A stretch of DNA of 64,000 nt from Eledone cirrhosa (GCA_964016885.1 OZ024742.1:118296001-118360000); one strand, 5' to 3'. Positions 1 through 12,977 are shown, counted from the stretch's first letter. The notes: generated by a model from the letters alone, not told the origin. Program-made: numbers and translations.

Positions 1-2968
1 AGAGCTTATCTCGAACCGGCAGCGCTCCCGGTAGCACTGCCAGGCCAGAGATTTTTAGAAGTTATCCATAGGCCCCGGGCTGAAAATTCTCCGGAAGAGA
101 GCAGCTGATCTTCTTCGAGGCCCAGGATCTCTCCGAGAACGTCGTCACTCTTCCCCTCCACTAGTCCTCTATAGAACGCCGAGGTGGATGTTCCACCGAT
201 ACTGGTGCCCAACTGGGAGAGGGCAGTGAGCGCCTGGAGACATTCCAGTTTCCAAGCCCTATCCCTCGGTCTTTTTCTGACCCAGGACTGCAGCTCCGTC
301 AAGGAGACGTGCTGTGGGAAAATGTGCCTGGCGAACGGCGACCACACCCGTTCACTATCAAGGAAGCACCAGAGATGTCGCAGCTTCAGTGCATGTTTGC
401 GCATCATCAGCCATGGCATGCCCAGTCCTCCACGCAACGGGTGTTGACAGCAGATGGATCGTCTGACCATGGGAGCGCGTCCCATCCACAAAAAGCGGAA
501 GAGGAGGCGCTCCATTTTGGTGAGAGTTGGGCTGGTGCAAGGGACGACGGTGAGGCGGTAGCAGATGACAGATGCGATGTACGCATTCGCCACTTCCGCC
601 CGGCCTTTCAGGGACAGCTTCCTCTCAGCCCATTTCTGGGTGAGGGAAACCACCCTGCTCGTCACCTCGTTCCAGTTTTTCTCCATCTGGAGGTCCGGTC
701 CGAACCAGACCCCGAGCAATTTAACCGGTCCGTCCGTCCAACGCCCCACGACGCTGTCGGACGGCATGGACTTGCCTCTCCAGGTGCCTAGCTGCAAGCC
801 CACCGACTTTTCCTGGTTTATCTTTGCTCCTGTCACCGCTTCGTATTCCTTGAGAGCGGTGCCGAGCATCTGGGCGTGTATGGTGCTCGACACCACCACG
901 GTGACGTCGTCAGCGTAAGCCGACTCGGATTTCCCGCATCCTAGTTCGCGTGGGATGCCCCTCATCGCCCCCAGTTTATGCAGTAACGGCTCGAGAGCCA
1001 ATACGTACAAGAGGGACGAGAGGAGACAACCCTGGCGGACTGAGCGCATGATGCTGAACGGCTGCGACAGGTGACCGTTCACCCTCACAACCGAGCAGAT
1101 GTCGCTGTACATTGCTGCGATCCAACGCCTGAAAACGAGCCCGAAACCGGCTGCCTCGAGGACCGCCGCCAGGTACCGATTGTCGACCCTATCGAATGCT
1201 TTGGATTGATCCAAGTTGATCAGGGCCCTACCCTTGCCAGGTTTCTTAACCACCCTCTCTATGATGTATCGCATGAGGTGGAGGTTGTCGTGTATAGATC
1301 TGTCCGGGATGGCACATGTCTGCGCCTCTCCCACCAGACCCTTGACGACAAGCGCCAACCTCGTTGCTAACACCTTGGCCAAAATCTTGAACTCTGCGTT
1401 TAGCAGAGTTATGGGCCTGAAATTATCAATAACATCCCCCTTGTTCGGGTCTTTTCTCAGCAGCGCCACTGCTCCCCGGCTCACAAAACTGGGAATGCTC
1501 CCGTTCTGCTGCCAGTTGCAGTAGACGTCTGCCAAGAGGTCACCGAACAAGTCTGGCATAAATGCATAAAGCTCGTAGGGCAGACCATCTAAACCTGGCG
1601 ATTTACCTCTTGTGCAGTTAGCCATCGCTTCCCGTATTTCACCGGCTGTTATTGGCTTTTCGCAATACTGTGCTGCGGTCGTCGAGAGCCGAGGCAGTCC
1701 GTCGAGGTATGCACTGAAGTCCATGTCCCGATCCGGGCCGCCGCCGCTCCCGAACAGTTCAGCAAAGTGCTGCTGAAAAGCTTCACACATCCGCTCGGGT
1801 TCGAGCATCACGCACCCGTTTTGGTCAGACAAAGACCGAATTGTGGCTTTATTGCCACGTCGCGCCTCTGCCACCCGGGCCCATTGGACGGCTTTTGTCC
1901 CCTCGTGTTTCAGAGCACGCGCTCTAGCTCTGACAATGCAGCCTTCGTGTTTTGCGTTGAAGAATTGGTCGAGTGGCAATCTCGCCGCAAGCACGTCGGT
2001 TGCGATGCCTGTCCTAAACGCCTCTTCTAGCTTTCTGACTAGCTCTCCCTCTACTCTATTTTCCTCTATCACTACTCCTTTGCTAAACCTAATCGACTCT
2101 ACTTTAATTGCCCTTTCAGGGCGAACCACCACCTGTTGTTGACGACCGCTCCCGTCAACGCCCGCTTAACTAATACGCTAATCCGGTCTCTGTAGGCCTT
2201 GCGCGCCGGGAAAGACGCGTTAAGCTTCCAGTAACCAGGCCCTTGTCTATGAAGTCTGTCTATGTCGATCTCACAGATCACACATTTGTGGTCTGTGTAG
2301 TCGACTATTTTAAATTGTGGACAACTTATACTAGCCTTATCTAGTTCCCTGCAGAATACCCTATCTAGATACGATATGGATGACCCTATGCGGTTTGTCC
2401 ATGTCCACATTGGCACATTCGGGTGATCCAGTCGATACCTGTCAGACAGTTCAAAACGTCTGAGCAGGTTGGTGAGGCTCTTGCACCCTCCTCCCCTATC
2501 CACTAGCCCCACACAATCCCAGCGTGCATCCAAGATACCGTTCCAGTCGTCCACTAACACTAAAGAGCGGGACGTTCCAAGAAAGGTCTCTAGACGTCTG
2601 AATAAATCTGGCCGCCCTGCCCCTGTTGGGGCGTAGACGGCTACTAGCCTGAAAGCATTGCCTTCGCTGCCGGTCACGTCCAGCACCACCGACTTACCTT
2701 CTGGGTCCAGGAAGATGGCCCGTATCGCGAGATCCAAGCCTCTCCGAAAAAGGACGGCAACCCTTCCCCCCGATCCTGGACGGCTGGGAGATGCGTATAC
2801 ATCGTAGCCACCGAAGATCGGTGCGAAGGCCCGTGACTCAGAGATTCTGGTTTCACTGATGGCCACCACATCTATGTTTAGTGACCTGAAGTCATTGAGC
2901 TGGTGACCCTGCTTCCAAGATGACCCCAGGCCACGTGCATTTATACTTCCTATTCTGAGTACAGCCAT
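1..2968 (-). pseudogene. Tx1 ORF2 (APE endonuclease + reverse transcriptase), frameshifted near 2110 and near 90
   Basis: EN motifs GSINARG, SETR, VAVYAP, DWN, YLDR, TDHK, GPGYWKLN. RT motifs KSPGLDG, NFRPITLLN, LDQSKAFDRV, SVRQG, AYADD, GGLGMP. ATG at 2968 in CCAACATGG context. Confidence 0.93.
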
Positions 2969-3000
2969 GTTGGATGAGAAATGGGGCAAATGAGAAAGGG

Positions 3001-4996
3001 TCACTTACCTTGTTCGTGTGGTGAAGGGACAGTAGAACCGTCCCTTTCGCTGGTCATGGGTGTTTCCAAGAGGATGTCAGTGTATATCCTCTTGGTAACC
3101 GTCCCTCTGAAGTCTCCAACTGCGTTGGGGAATTTTTGTTTTAAAGGTTTGTATTGTTCTAATGAGATTTCGATGATGCTTATGTTTGACGGGAGAGTAC
3201 TTGGTGTTGGTGGGGTGTAGTAATTTTTTTCCGTGATGTCTGTGTGCTGCTTTATATATTTTATGAGTTCTTTTTTTGCTATGTTTATGGCTGTGTACTT
3301 TTTGGGGGGAGGGGTTATTTTTTTGCCGTTTTCTTCTTGTTGCTGTTTGGTGTGTGTGTCTTGTTGTGTTTGCGTTGTTGGTGTTTGTGGTGGTGTTGCT
3401 GCAAGTTTCCTTGCTGCCTTTACCCCTCTTTGTATACCTTCGCTTTTGGAGGGTGAATCTAAGGGTTTTTTTATTTTTTGTTTTTTTGTGGCAGACTGTT
3501 TGCCACGTCACTCCCGCCTCAAACTCCATGTCGGATTCTGTGGCGTCTAGGAGGGGTATGTGCTCCACGGCTGTTGTGGTGGTAGTGGAGCCCTCTTCGG
3601 CAATGTTGTTGCTGGTGTAGCTATTTCAAATGTAGCTATTGGTGTTGCCGTTACTGATGATGCTGCTTTAGTTATCCGTGGCCTTGGTACGGGTGCTACG
3701 GACGTTGCCCTCCTACTCACCGTGGAAGGGGCTTCTTCGTTTGTTGCCTGTCCTGCTCTTGGTAGCAGCGGACCAGGTTTTGGAAGGAGAGGGGCCCTCT
3801 TCGGTGTCTTCTGCGGGCAAAAGGCCCTGAGGTGACCTTTCGACCCACAGAGATAACATTTTGGCCGTCTTCCTTCTACACTTATAGGGAGTTGGAGTCC
3901 TTCTTCAAAGTCTATGATATCGGGGATAGCCTCGATACATTCCTGGTCAGTTTGTATAAGCATTTGCATGCCTATACCTGACCAGTTCTCTCTCCCTATT
4001 TTTTCTACTTGCAGCATGGTCGCCCTGTTCTCAATTCCAGCAAGGACAGACGCGGTCAGCCAAGGTATGGGCACGTCGGGTGGGACCTGGGTTACTTTGA
4101 CCCTCACAATTTTCTGCCCGCAGTAGGAGGGCACCAAGACTAACTCCTCACTCTTTAGGGTTTCCAAAGAGTGAGACTTTGCTTCCTGGGGGGTGGCGAA
4201 AAGTACGTCTACTGTGGCGTACTTTCTGCCTCGGGTGATGTGGGTTTTGCGTGCCCAGATGCACCCCAAGGCCTTTGGGATTTGAGCCTCCGTGGCTCTC
4301 TCCACTCGATGTGAGATTTTGCTTACGGTGCGGTAAGTCACCGTTCGTAGCTGCTGATCCTTGAAAAAATCGGGTGGAGGTTTCAGGGAAACTCTATTTG
4401 CGCTTCTTGTCACCATGGCCCTTGCGACTGCCATCTCCTCCTCTGTGACTAACACTGTCTCGATATTTCGGGTGACACCTGAAAAAGAAGTGGTCCCTTT
4501 TTCAGCAGCACCACTATTGCTGCCGCTACTGGTCTTACTGGTGGTGCTGAGGTCGGTATTACAGGTATCGGTGTCATTGTTGTTCTTTTCGCTGGTACAG
4601 TTGTTGGTGTTGTTTTCGTTGATACTGTTATTGTGGCTGTTGTTATTATTGTTGTTTTTGTTGATACTGTTCCTACTATTATTGTTGTTGTGGCTGTTGT
4701 TATTGTCATTGTTATTGTCGTTCTCAACCTTACCGCTGTTATTTTTGTTATTGTCGTTCTCGACTTTACCGCTGTTATTTTTGGTGCTGTTGGTGGTGAT
4801 GTTGTTGTTGTTATTGTTGGTGTTGTTTGTGTTAAAAATATTTGTTAATTTTAAATCTGTAACAATCTTTTTTTCCTTTGTAATATTTTCGGTTATATTT
4901 ACCTCCGCTGGAACGCTGTCTTGTTGACATGCTGATAAAGTCTCCCTCTCTCTGTGTTGTCTGACAGCGCTCTCTCTCTTTTTATGTGTTATCCAT
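3001..4996 (-). pseudogene. Tx1 ORF1 (gag-like), split across several frames
   Basis: ORF 3547-4455 has EGRRPKCYLCGSKGHLRAFCP, with Thr-rich low-complexity flanks. The C-terminal frame (..ISIIEISLEQYKPLKQKFPNAVG..EQGK*) ends at 3001 and resembles the ORF1 end of copy 2. Start position is approximate. Confidence 0.8.
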
Positions 4997-5211
4997 GTTG
5001 AAATTTTTCAAAAAATATTTTTACACAAATACGAATACGACACCCCGTAAAGGGGTGCCGTATTATTTACTAGTGAACCCCTGTATTAGGTGGGTCACTT
5101 CTTCTAAACTTTTATCAAATTTAAAACTTGAATAAAAGGTTTAGAACGGTTGAAAAAGAGGTAAAACGTTGAAAAAGACTGGAGGCGATAAGAAGCGTGG
5201 CTTCACCAACC

Positions 5212-5415
5212 AATAATAATAATAATAATAGTTTCTACTTTTGGCACAAGGCCAGCAATTACCCAGTGCATTACTGGTACTTTATTTTATCGACCCCGTA
5301 AGGATGAAAGGCAAAGTTAACCTCGGCGGGATTTGAACTCAGAATAGCAAGGGCCGTAACTCTATGCGTCAAAGCATGGCGTCCGACCCTCTACCGATAC
5401 GGCCAATCCACCACC
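5212..5415 (-). mobile_element. tRNA-derived SINE, family A (Meta-domain-like core)
   Basis: A-box-like GGCAGTATCGGTAGAG head, B-box GAGTTCAAATCCC, core GCCTTTCATCCTTACGGGGTCGATAAAATAAAGTACCAG and (ATT)n tail. About 16 copies in the window. Confidence 0.9.
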
Positions 5416-5519
5416 ATTATAATTATTATTATTATATTGTTATTATTATTATTATTGTGGGGGGGGGGGGTGTACATAAATACATATATATATACATTGT
5501 ATCGTCGAGTGCGTTGAAA

Positions 5520-5749
5520 TGTTTAGAGATGTAGAAAATCTCGAAAAGAAAATAGCCGTGAACACAGCTTCATAAAATCAGGTAAAATACCTGATTAGAC
5601 GAAAGAAATAGCCAGCTGCCGCTACCGAGTTCAATTCTCTGTAGCGGCGGCTGCCTACGTTTTACCGTCTATACAGGTATTTTACCTGATTTCCTAAGCT
5701 GTGTTTACGGCTATCTTCCTGCATTCGAAATGTTCTACATTTCTAAACA
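5520..5749. repeat. Long imperfect palindrome / fold-back MITE-like element
   Basis: Left arm gtttagagatgtagaa..atagccgtgaacacagctt..aaatcaggtaaaatacctg..gctgccgctac is matched by its reverse complement across ~230 bp. Confidence 0.75.
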
Positions 5750-5829
5750 CACATATATATATAGATATATATAGAGAGATATATATAGATATATATATGA
5801 GTATGTAGGCGTTCTTTGATTTCTTTTAC

Positions 5830-5885
<56 letters not shown>

Positions 5886-5980
5886 TTTGTTTGTTTGTGA
5901 GTGGTATATGTGTGTGTGCATGTATGTATGCATGTATGCATGTATTTATGTATGTATGCATGTATGTATGTATATGTATA
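5750..5980. repeat. Compound (TA)n/(TG)n/(TATG)n microsatellite
   Basis: Directly visible. Confidence 0.95.
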
Positions 5981-6984
5981 TTTAGTGCAAGGTGTAAAAA
6001 TAAACACAGATACAATTACACAAGCACAGTCTTATTAGTTTCACACTTGTTGGAAAAGGAAAAGGAATGTTCCAAAGTATCAGACGTGAGCCCTTCATCG
6101 GGAAAGAATAACGTTAGGAGAAAGAGGAGGGTAGAAAGTTGCGAAATAAAAACAAGTTATCGGGATTCAAATAGGTGTTTTGTTTTTACTTTTTTCGATT
6201 TTCTTAGTCTGTTTGTTCGTGTGTGTGTGTGTGTGCGTGCGTTTATATATACATATATATAGATTATGTATTGATTTAGATATAGATTTAGATATGTATT
6301 GATTTATAACTATTTATATATGTATAGATTATGTATTGATTTATAGATTGCGTATGTGCGATCTCATGCTAATGCATTATTGTCTTCGTTGGTCAAATAC
6401 AAGAATTTAACTTCTAAAAATATATGGAGTAATATATATGAATCTAAACATAAATTTTTATTTATATGTCAGCTTGTTTTTTTCTTTTTAATATGACCGT
6501 TAATCAGTCCACTGACATTTTCTTAACAATTTAGAGCAACCACTTAACATTTTCCATACAGAATATTGTTACATTTCAAACGAAACAAGCGCATGTTTTA
6601 TGATGTAATGTGAACAAAGTAGAAAATGAAATTTTATAAGAATTTCATCTTTAGCCACAGGCGATATAAACTCAGTAAACTCAAAGATAAAAATCAGGTT
6701 GCATTAGGTTTCTACGTTCCCCTGTGGCGTCAGAGAAATGAATTGACTTCAAGAAAAAAATCAAAGATGTTTCTTCAAACAGAACAGACGGTGTGATGTG
6801 GTGTTGACCACATAGTAGCTACGTTGACAAAGATAAAAACATTTCCTGTGTGATATAATAAAAAAATCAGAATGTCTGATTTATATAACTTTCACATGTG
6901 AATTATAAGCATAATACACTATCATACACTATGTCATCAACGAAAACTCAGTGAAAGAAATCGACGTAGAAGCATTCGTATTTT

Positions 6985-7360
6985 TCATGCAGCGGCACTT
7001 TCTCCAGCCGCAACCTGGTGCAGTTTGCGACTAACCCAGGTACTGCTGTACGTCGGGCTGAGGAGGCCAAACTCTTCAAGTACCGGTCGCTGTCCGACAG
7101 GTTCGCGGTCGTTCCCTTGGCAGTGGAGACTTCTGGTGTCCTTGGCCCTAGGGCTACCTCCCTATTCCCCACCATAGGCGCTGAGCTAGCCAGCCGCAGG
7201 TGTGAGCCTCCCGAGTTGGAATGGCTCTTCCAGCGCATCTCCCTTACGATCCTCCGGGGAAACGCCTTCTCCATCCTGTCTGCCGGGGCTGTAGGGAGGC
7301 CAGCTCATGGGACCCCATTTGCTCACCATACGGATGAATAGGCAAAGTTATAAACTATTG
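6985..7360 (+). mobile_element. 3' fragment of a CRE-like (restriction-like endonuclease) non-LTR retrotransposon
   Basis: AEEAKLFKY..VPLAVETSGVLG..LFQRISLTILRGNA matches the C-terminal RLE motif pattern of CRE-type elements. Confidence 0.75.
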
Positions 7361-8324
7361 TAAATGTATATATAGAACTAAACGAGATATGAACTTAATT
7401 ATGTAATGTTACGTCAATCTAGAACTTCAATCTTTAATAGCACGAAATCATTTATTGCAATGATACATATTCAACTTCTCAAATCACGTGATATATAGCA
7501 TGTTCAATGATACTTATTGATGTTTCTACTCCAATTATATGAGATTATTTGGAAAAACGGGTTCTTGCTGTTAGTTTCAAACTTTCAAGATCACGTTAAA
7601 GTTCAAAATAATTTGTTAGATGTGCAAATATGTGTAACATAATTAGTCGATGGAAATGGCGAGCTTCATTGCTACGTTCTACTTATATAAATTAAATCAT
7701 GAAGTCATGTACATGATATTAACACTTGACACCAAATATTTATGTATTTAATTATAAATGTTCAATTATCAGTATCATATTAACTGAAGATGTTAATTGA
7801 AGATGTATTATTATACTCTGCCCTTTTGACGCTATGTACCTTTCAATGAGAGAATACCATAGAACACTAGAGGATCAAAACTGATATATAATTTTGATTC
7901 TGAATTTACTAACGTCAGAGTGCCTCTAAATTGTTGCACAATTTGCTGGAAATGGTGATCAAATCTCCCTCATATCACACCTACCGTCATATAAAAGGAA
8001 ATAACACATTGGATAATGTAGTTCTAGTTACACAATGTCTAAAATAAGATGGATGATCATACTAAAATAATTCTGTTTGATCAGGGCAGGCTATGTTTGA
8101 ACAACGCAGCAACAACTAATGTCATTGACACTTTTATGGAAGCTGCACGCCTCTCATTATTCACTTACATCCTGTTCCAATATAAACGAGGATGTATGTC
8201 TTGTTAAAATAAACCAAAATTATACAGTGAAGTTTATGAGTTTGGATGAATTTGATTCCGAGCAGAAGGAATATAACATATAATATATATTCTTTGTTCA
8301 GGGTGAGAGAGAGAACATATTTTT

Positions 8325-8371
<47 letters not shown>

Positions 8372-8578
8372 GCTCTGTGTCAGATTCATGACATTTGTTA
8401 ACTAAAGGTAAAAACATTTTTGTTAAATGTTTATTATTGCTACAATATGAAAGAAATGTTTTAAGGGGGAGTTTCAACCATCTCAACTGACCAGGAATAT
8501 TAATTTGACCTCCGTAATTTTCTGGTTCATATTTATTACCCCCTGAGGTAAGGTAAAATAGGCCGCGGCAAGAAATTA

Positions 8579-8742
8579 CCGTATTTACCGGCGTCGAAGA
8601 CGCTGCTTTTTTTCCTAAAATAAGTCTAAAAAAATCTACTATGCGAAGCCGAAGGTTGTTTATCATTTTTTTTCAAATTTTTGATTGTCAAAATTAGGGT
8701 GCGTCCTCTAGGACGAAGCGTCTTCGGCGCCGGGAAAAGCGG
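8579..8742. mobile_element. Tc1/mariner-superfamily (Tc2/pogo-like) MITE
   Basis: TA-CCGTATTTACCGGCGTCGAAGACGC ... GCGTCTTCGGCGCCGGGAAAAGCGG-TA: TIRs with TA duplication. Confidence 0.8.
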
Positions 8743-8787
8743 TACATGCTGTAAGTTATGATTGTTATCGTTACTGATATATAGTAA

Positions 8788-9110
8788 AGGTGCATGGCTT
8801 AGTTATTAGAGCATCGGGCTCATAATCGTGAAGTTGTGAGTTCGATTCTTGGACCAGGCTCTGCGTTCTTGAGCAAGACACTTTATTTCACATTGCTCCA
8901 GTTCACTCAGCCATAGAAATTAGTTGCGACGTCACTGGTATCAAGATGTATCTACCTTTTCCCTTGGATAACATCAGTTGCATGGAGAGGGAAAGCGATA
9001 TACCTGAGCGATTACTGGTCTTCCACAAACAACATTGCCCGGACTTGTGCCTCGGAGGGGAACTTTCTAGGTGCAAATCCCATTGTGATTCCTAACCGAA
9101 GGGGGGAGGT
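8788..9110 (+). mobile_element. tRNA-derived SINE, family B
   Basis: TGGCTTAGTTATTAGAG A-box, GAGTTCGATTC B-box, then CTTGAGCAAGACACTTTA core. A degenerate relative lies at ~49600. Confidence 0.8.
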
Positions 9111-10019
9111 CTAAAAATTAACATATGTATTACTTATGTAACCATAAAACTCAATGTCTCATATTTGTATAGGATTTTATACTTTGTTTTGGCGAGGTTC
9201 GACGTAATTTTGAGTAGGAATTATACATAGTTGGTTGATCGAAGTAAGATGATTTCTAGTTTTAATCAAACTAGGTAAAAACGATTTAGGTAAAAACGAT
9301 TAACCGCCATAATTTCATACACTAATCTCATTCCCTCCGTTCCTTTTGAAAAAAAATGCTACTCATGCTATGGATTTCAATTTTGGCTACTAATTTATCG
9401 TTTAATGTAGATCTCTGTTACTAATTGACATGTTAGATATGTTTTTAATTACTAATAACGTCATTTTCACTGTATACTGATGTTAGCTTGGTTCTGGAAT
9501 CTAATAAAATTCGCTTTCACTCCGGAAAACTATACGATGAAATTAAAACGCCTCAAAACATTTGATGCATCGAAAACTCATTCACTTGAATAGTTTTGTT
9601 TACTGGTTCATTATAAATAATTATTTTTAACCAACTGACTAGCATAGTGCGTCAGAACTGTGCGTTCAACAATCTTCCATACACAATGTTCTTTAAAATA
9701 TTAAATTGTTACTTAGAAAAAACATGAGCAGTGGAGAAATTAGACTATAGGTACTAGGTGCATTCCCACAATATTGAAGCTGTACAGCACGCTCGTTTCA
9801 CACCTTAATTTACAACGTTCACTAGATTTCTGGAGATATTGTGGTTGATTTACTACAGCAAGGAATAGTAGGTGGTAGCATTTATCGTTTGCCAAGTGCA
9901 TTCAAACCGTTCGTGAAGTAGAACAGGAAAATGTGAATTCAACCGTGGTTTGAAACTCTGCTACCGTCTCAGCTTTCCATTATATTCTGGCTCTACAGCA
10001 TTTACCACTTGTAATAGAT

Positions 10020-10290
10020 ACTTTTTCTTGTCGTGTCCACAAGAGTGTCAGTTACAAAGCTTGGCTAGATCTGGTTCCGCCACAGCTGAACACATTGCTG
10101 TCCTTTCTCATTAAACTCTGGCAAGTCCAATGCTGTGCAAGGGTGTCTCAGCAGTGGGAATGTCAGGAGGCGTTGCGTAGTCTGTGGTTCGTTGCTGCAG
10201 TCACATACAACGTCCCCATCCTTTAAATATCCCCATTTAGCAAGATTGACTTTTACACGTCCAACACCAGATCTTAGGAGGGTCCACACC
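10020..10290 (-). mobile_element. 3' end of an Ingi/Vingi- or RTEX-like LINE
   Basis: WTLLRSGVGRVKVNLAKWG..CDCSNEPQTTQRLLTFP is a decayed CCHC tail. A second, shorter copy lies at 11430-11532. Confidence 0.65.
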
Positions 10291-11429
10291 GCGGCCCTGG
10301 GAGTATCGACAAGATCGACAAGATGTTGCTAATCCTATCACCACCACAAACAACTGCTACAATAGATATTGATTTCACATATTGACACCACACCCACCAA
10401 TTTCGCAGATGACTGTAGTAGACTGCTACCTAATTTATCTAGCACTGGAAAATCAGCTACAAAATTAATCTTGGGTCGAATCGAATTATGAGCGATTGAA
10501 CTCTGAAGCCTTTCATTCAACACTAAACAGTTTCTACCATTCCTCTACCTAAGTTTTATACAGATAATATAAAACAGAATTACCGCTTACGTGTAAGGGG
10601 TGGAGGCATGAATGTGTTGGTGGGTGTATGCGACTAATGTATAATCATAGACGGAAACTATCAGTGATAGATTTCAGAAAGTGTGGAAAATATAAACTGC
10701 GCATTAAATATATAAATAAATGTACCGGTAGAAATTTTCTTCAATGCGTAAAAAATATACTTAAAGCAACAAAGGTTAATTTATCCACTGAAGAATAATA
10801 AATCCGTAGAGTGGGAAATGAAAGACAAAACGAAAAGAGATTTTATAAGTCATTAGAAAGGCATAGGAAGGGAAACATCTGTCATCAAAGAAGATCGGTT
10901 TTACACGTACAAAATCTCTCAAGAAACTTCTAATGAGAAAATGTTTGTGTTGAGTGTGAAACAGAAGAGCTGCTGGCAAAACAAGACAGACTACGGAAAA
11001 TATTTTATTTTTAACAACTGCGTATTCTAATCAATTCAAAGAAATAATGTAATTTGTTTCTTGTAATGTTCCCACAATCAATTCCTCAAGATACTGTGGA
11101 GTATCCAGAGTTATTTGCGGTATTTCCTCCGGATCTGTGCGATCTGAGTTCAAATTGTAGCGAAGTTAACTTTGTCTTTCATCCTTTAAACAAAGTACCA
11201 TTACCGGGATTCATTCTTCCTTTATTTCACTTTTTTCTATCTCACTCTTTTCTTCTTTGTCTAGAGGAAATCTGCTGAGTTCAGATATGGAAAGTGATGG
11301 GCTCTGCCAGGTTTTAAATGCTCTAGATGTATCATGTGTTACGATGACAACCTTGCAACTCCATCCGTACATGGAGGATAGATGAAATGCCAAATGACCA
11401 AAGAATAAAACATTTCTTATTATTATCAG

Positions 11430-11532
11430 GTCCACATGAGTGTCAGTTAGAGAGCTTGGCTGGATGTGGTTCCGACCCAGCTGAACACATTGCTGTCCTT
11501 TCTCATTTAACTCTGCCAAGTCCAATGCTGTA
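11430..11532 (-). mobile_element. Short 3' fragment of the same LINE family as 10020-10290
   Basis: Shared sequence cagctgaacacattgctgtcctttctcatt..aagtccaatgctgt. Confidence 0.7.
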
Positions 11533-12731
11533 CACTAATATTACGTTTTAAGTTGCACGTATTTTCCCTCATACTTTTATCAACCTATTATTAAATGTTT
11601 TCTTCTGCATTTTGCATATTAGTCTTTATTTTCTATTCAATTGTTCAAATATGTCAGGAATTTTGTCAATATTTACTGTTATTGTCGGAGAATTTTAAAC
11701 AGCATTTCACAAAAATACCTTTCCCCGTTTGAAAGTCAACGAACTTCAGTGTGCAAAATAATGTTTTAAAACACTGCTCCCATCTCTTCACAAATATAAG
11801 AAAGTAACCTTGATTTTAGAGGTCTTCTTTTAATATAACTGACCATTTGAACTTTCAATTCCCTTTCAGTTGCTTTCTGAATTAGTAAATAGGTCTTCAT
11901 AATGTAAAAGGTACTTCATACTTAGAATATTTTCATTCTCCTAAAGATATAAAACCTTTCGCTATACTAGTTATTGAGGGTACAGCGTCTGTTTATAGTC
12001 CTATGTAATTTAAACATGGTAAATTGTTTTCTTTTATGAAACTATTTAAACTTTCAAACATATCGTCACGGTTATATCTCAAAGAAACGTTTTGATAGCA
12101 CAGACATTACTCTATAATTCTGTTATTATGAACATGACACATGAAAATTAATAGTTGTACGAACCCACTTACATCATTTACTCATATAGTAACAGTGAAA
12201 AACATCCGGATATCATTTGTTAAAATGTCTTCCAGTTATATTTTATATCTTGCGACACTGTTTGTTATTTACTAAAGGAATGTTCTTTTATTTAATTTCG
12301 CGACACACCAATAGAGTATGAACGCTGAACTAAAGTGTCACAGCATGCTGTTTGAAAATGTCTTATCCAGACCATGAGTCACCTGTAGGTGTCCGAATAT
12401 TAGATTCCCATAGGACTTTATATGATTTAATCATTCATAGCTTGCATCAAACAATATTTTTCCCCTGGCGAATTTAGTTCCAGGATTGTTCGATTGAATT
12501 TATTAAAATATCTCCTTTATTATCGTTATTATTACATTACTTCAGTAATTTTCCACATAATTTTCCACATAATTTTCGGCATAATCTGGATATGAACATC
12601 GCTTATATTAATTTCAGCCAAATCTATTCTTGAATTATAATTTAGGAATGAAAATATGTGATATCATTAGTTACAATTTTTATGTCTTTATGTTTCACCT
12701 ATGTACTGATAGGGTTATTTATTATTTTAGT

Positions 12732-12880
12732 TTAACCCTCCAGAACTTAAACCGGCCATATCCGGCCAGAATTCGCTCACCTCTCACCTCAAACTGGCCA
12801 TAACTGGCTACTCATACTTATGTTAAGGTAATGTTCTCAAAATACATAATATCAAAATCTCGTAGATTCGATATTATGTG
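12732..12880 (+). mobile_element. piggyBac-like non-autonomous element end
   Basis: TTAA-CCCT terminus followed by repeated aaac(c/t)ggccata..(c/t)ggc subterminal motifs. The other end was not found. Confidence 0.4.
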
Positions 12881-12888
12881 AGATAATT

Positions 12889-12977
12889 ATGTAAGCTTTA
12901 CCACAAAAATACAATAGTATATATAGAATAATGTAAGCTTTACCACAAAAATACAATAGTATATATAGAATAATGTA
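12889..12977. repeat. 42-bp tandem duplication
   Basis: atgtaagctttaccacaaaaatacaatagtatatatagaata occurs twice. Confidence 0.9.

Larger units (their letters stand above)
1..5211 (-). mobile_element. Tx1-clade (L1 group) non-LTR retrotransposon, copy 1; 3' end runs off the window
   Basis: ORF1 with CCHC knuckle, then APE endonuclease and RT frames. The 5' UTR has hairpins at 5036-5062 and 5072-5099. The 5' end abuts an (AAT)n tract at 5212. Confidence 0.93.

Noticed and set aside
4361-4927. Leu/Val-rich 'membrane protein' ORFs on the + strand (also 3233-3620 and 40263-40963)
   Set aside because: Antisense shadows of Thr/Asn/Lys-rich low-complexity Tx1 ORF1 regions.
5330-5415. tRNA-like A/B boxes in many places
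   Set aside because: These are SINE heads without a complete cloverleaf; no true tRNA gene was seen.
6070-6105. Decayed HHR-like motifs (also 18547-18580, 23752-23780 and 60615-60703)
   Set aside because: Multiple core substitutions; plausible fossils but too weak to call.
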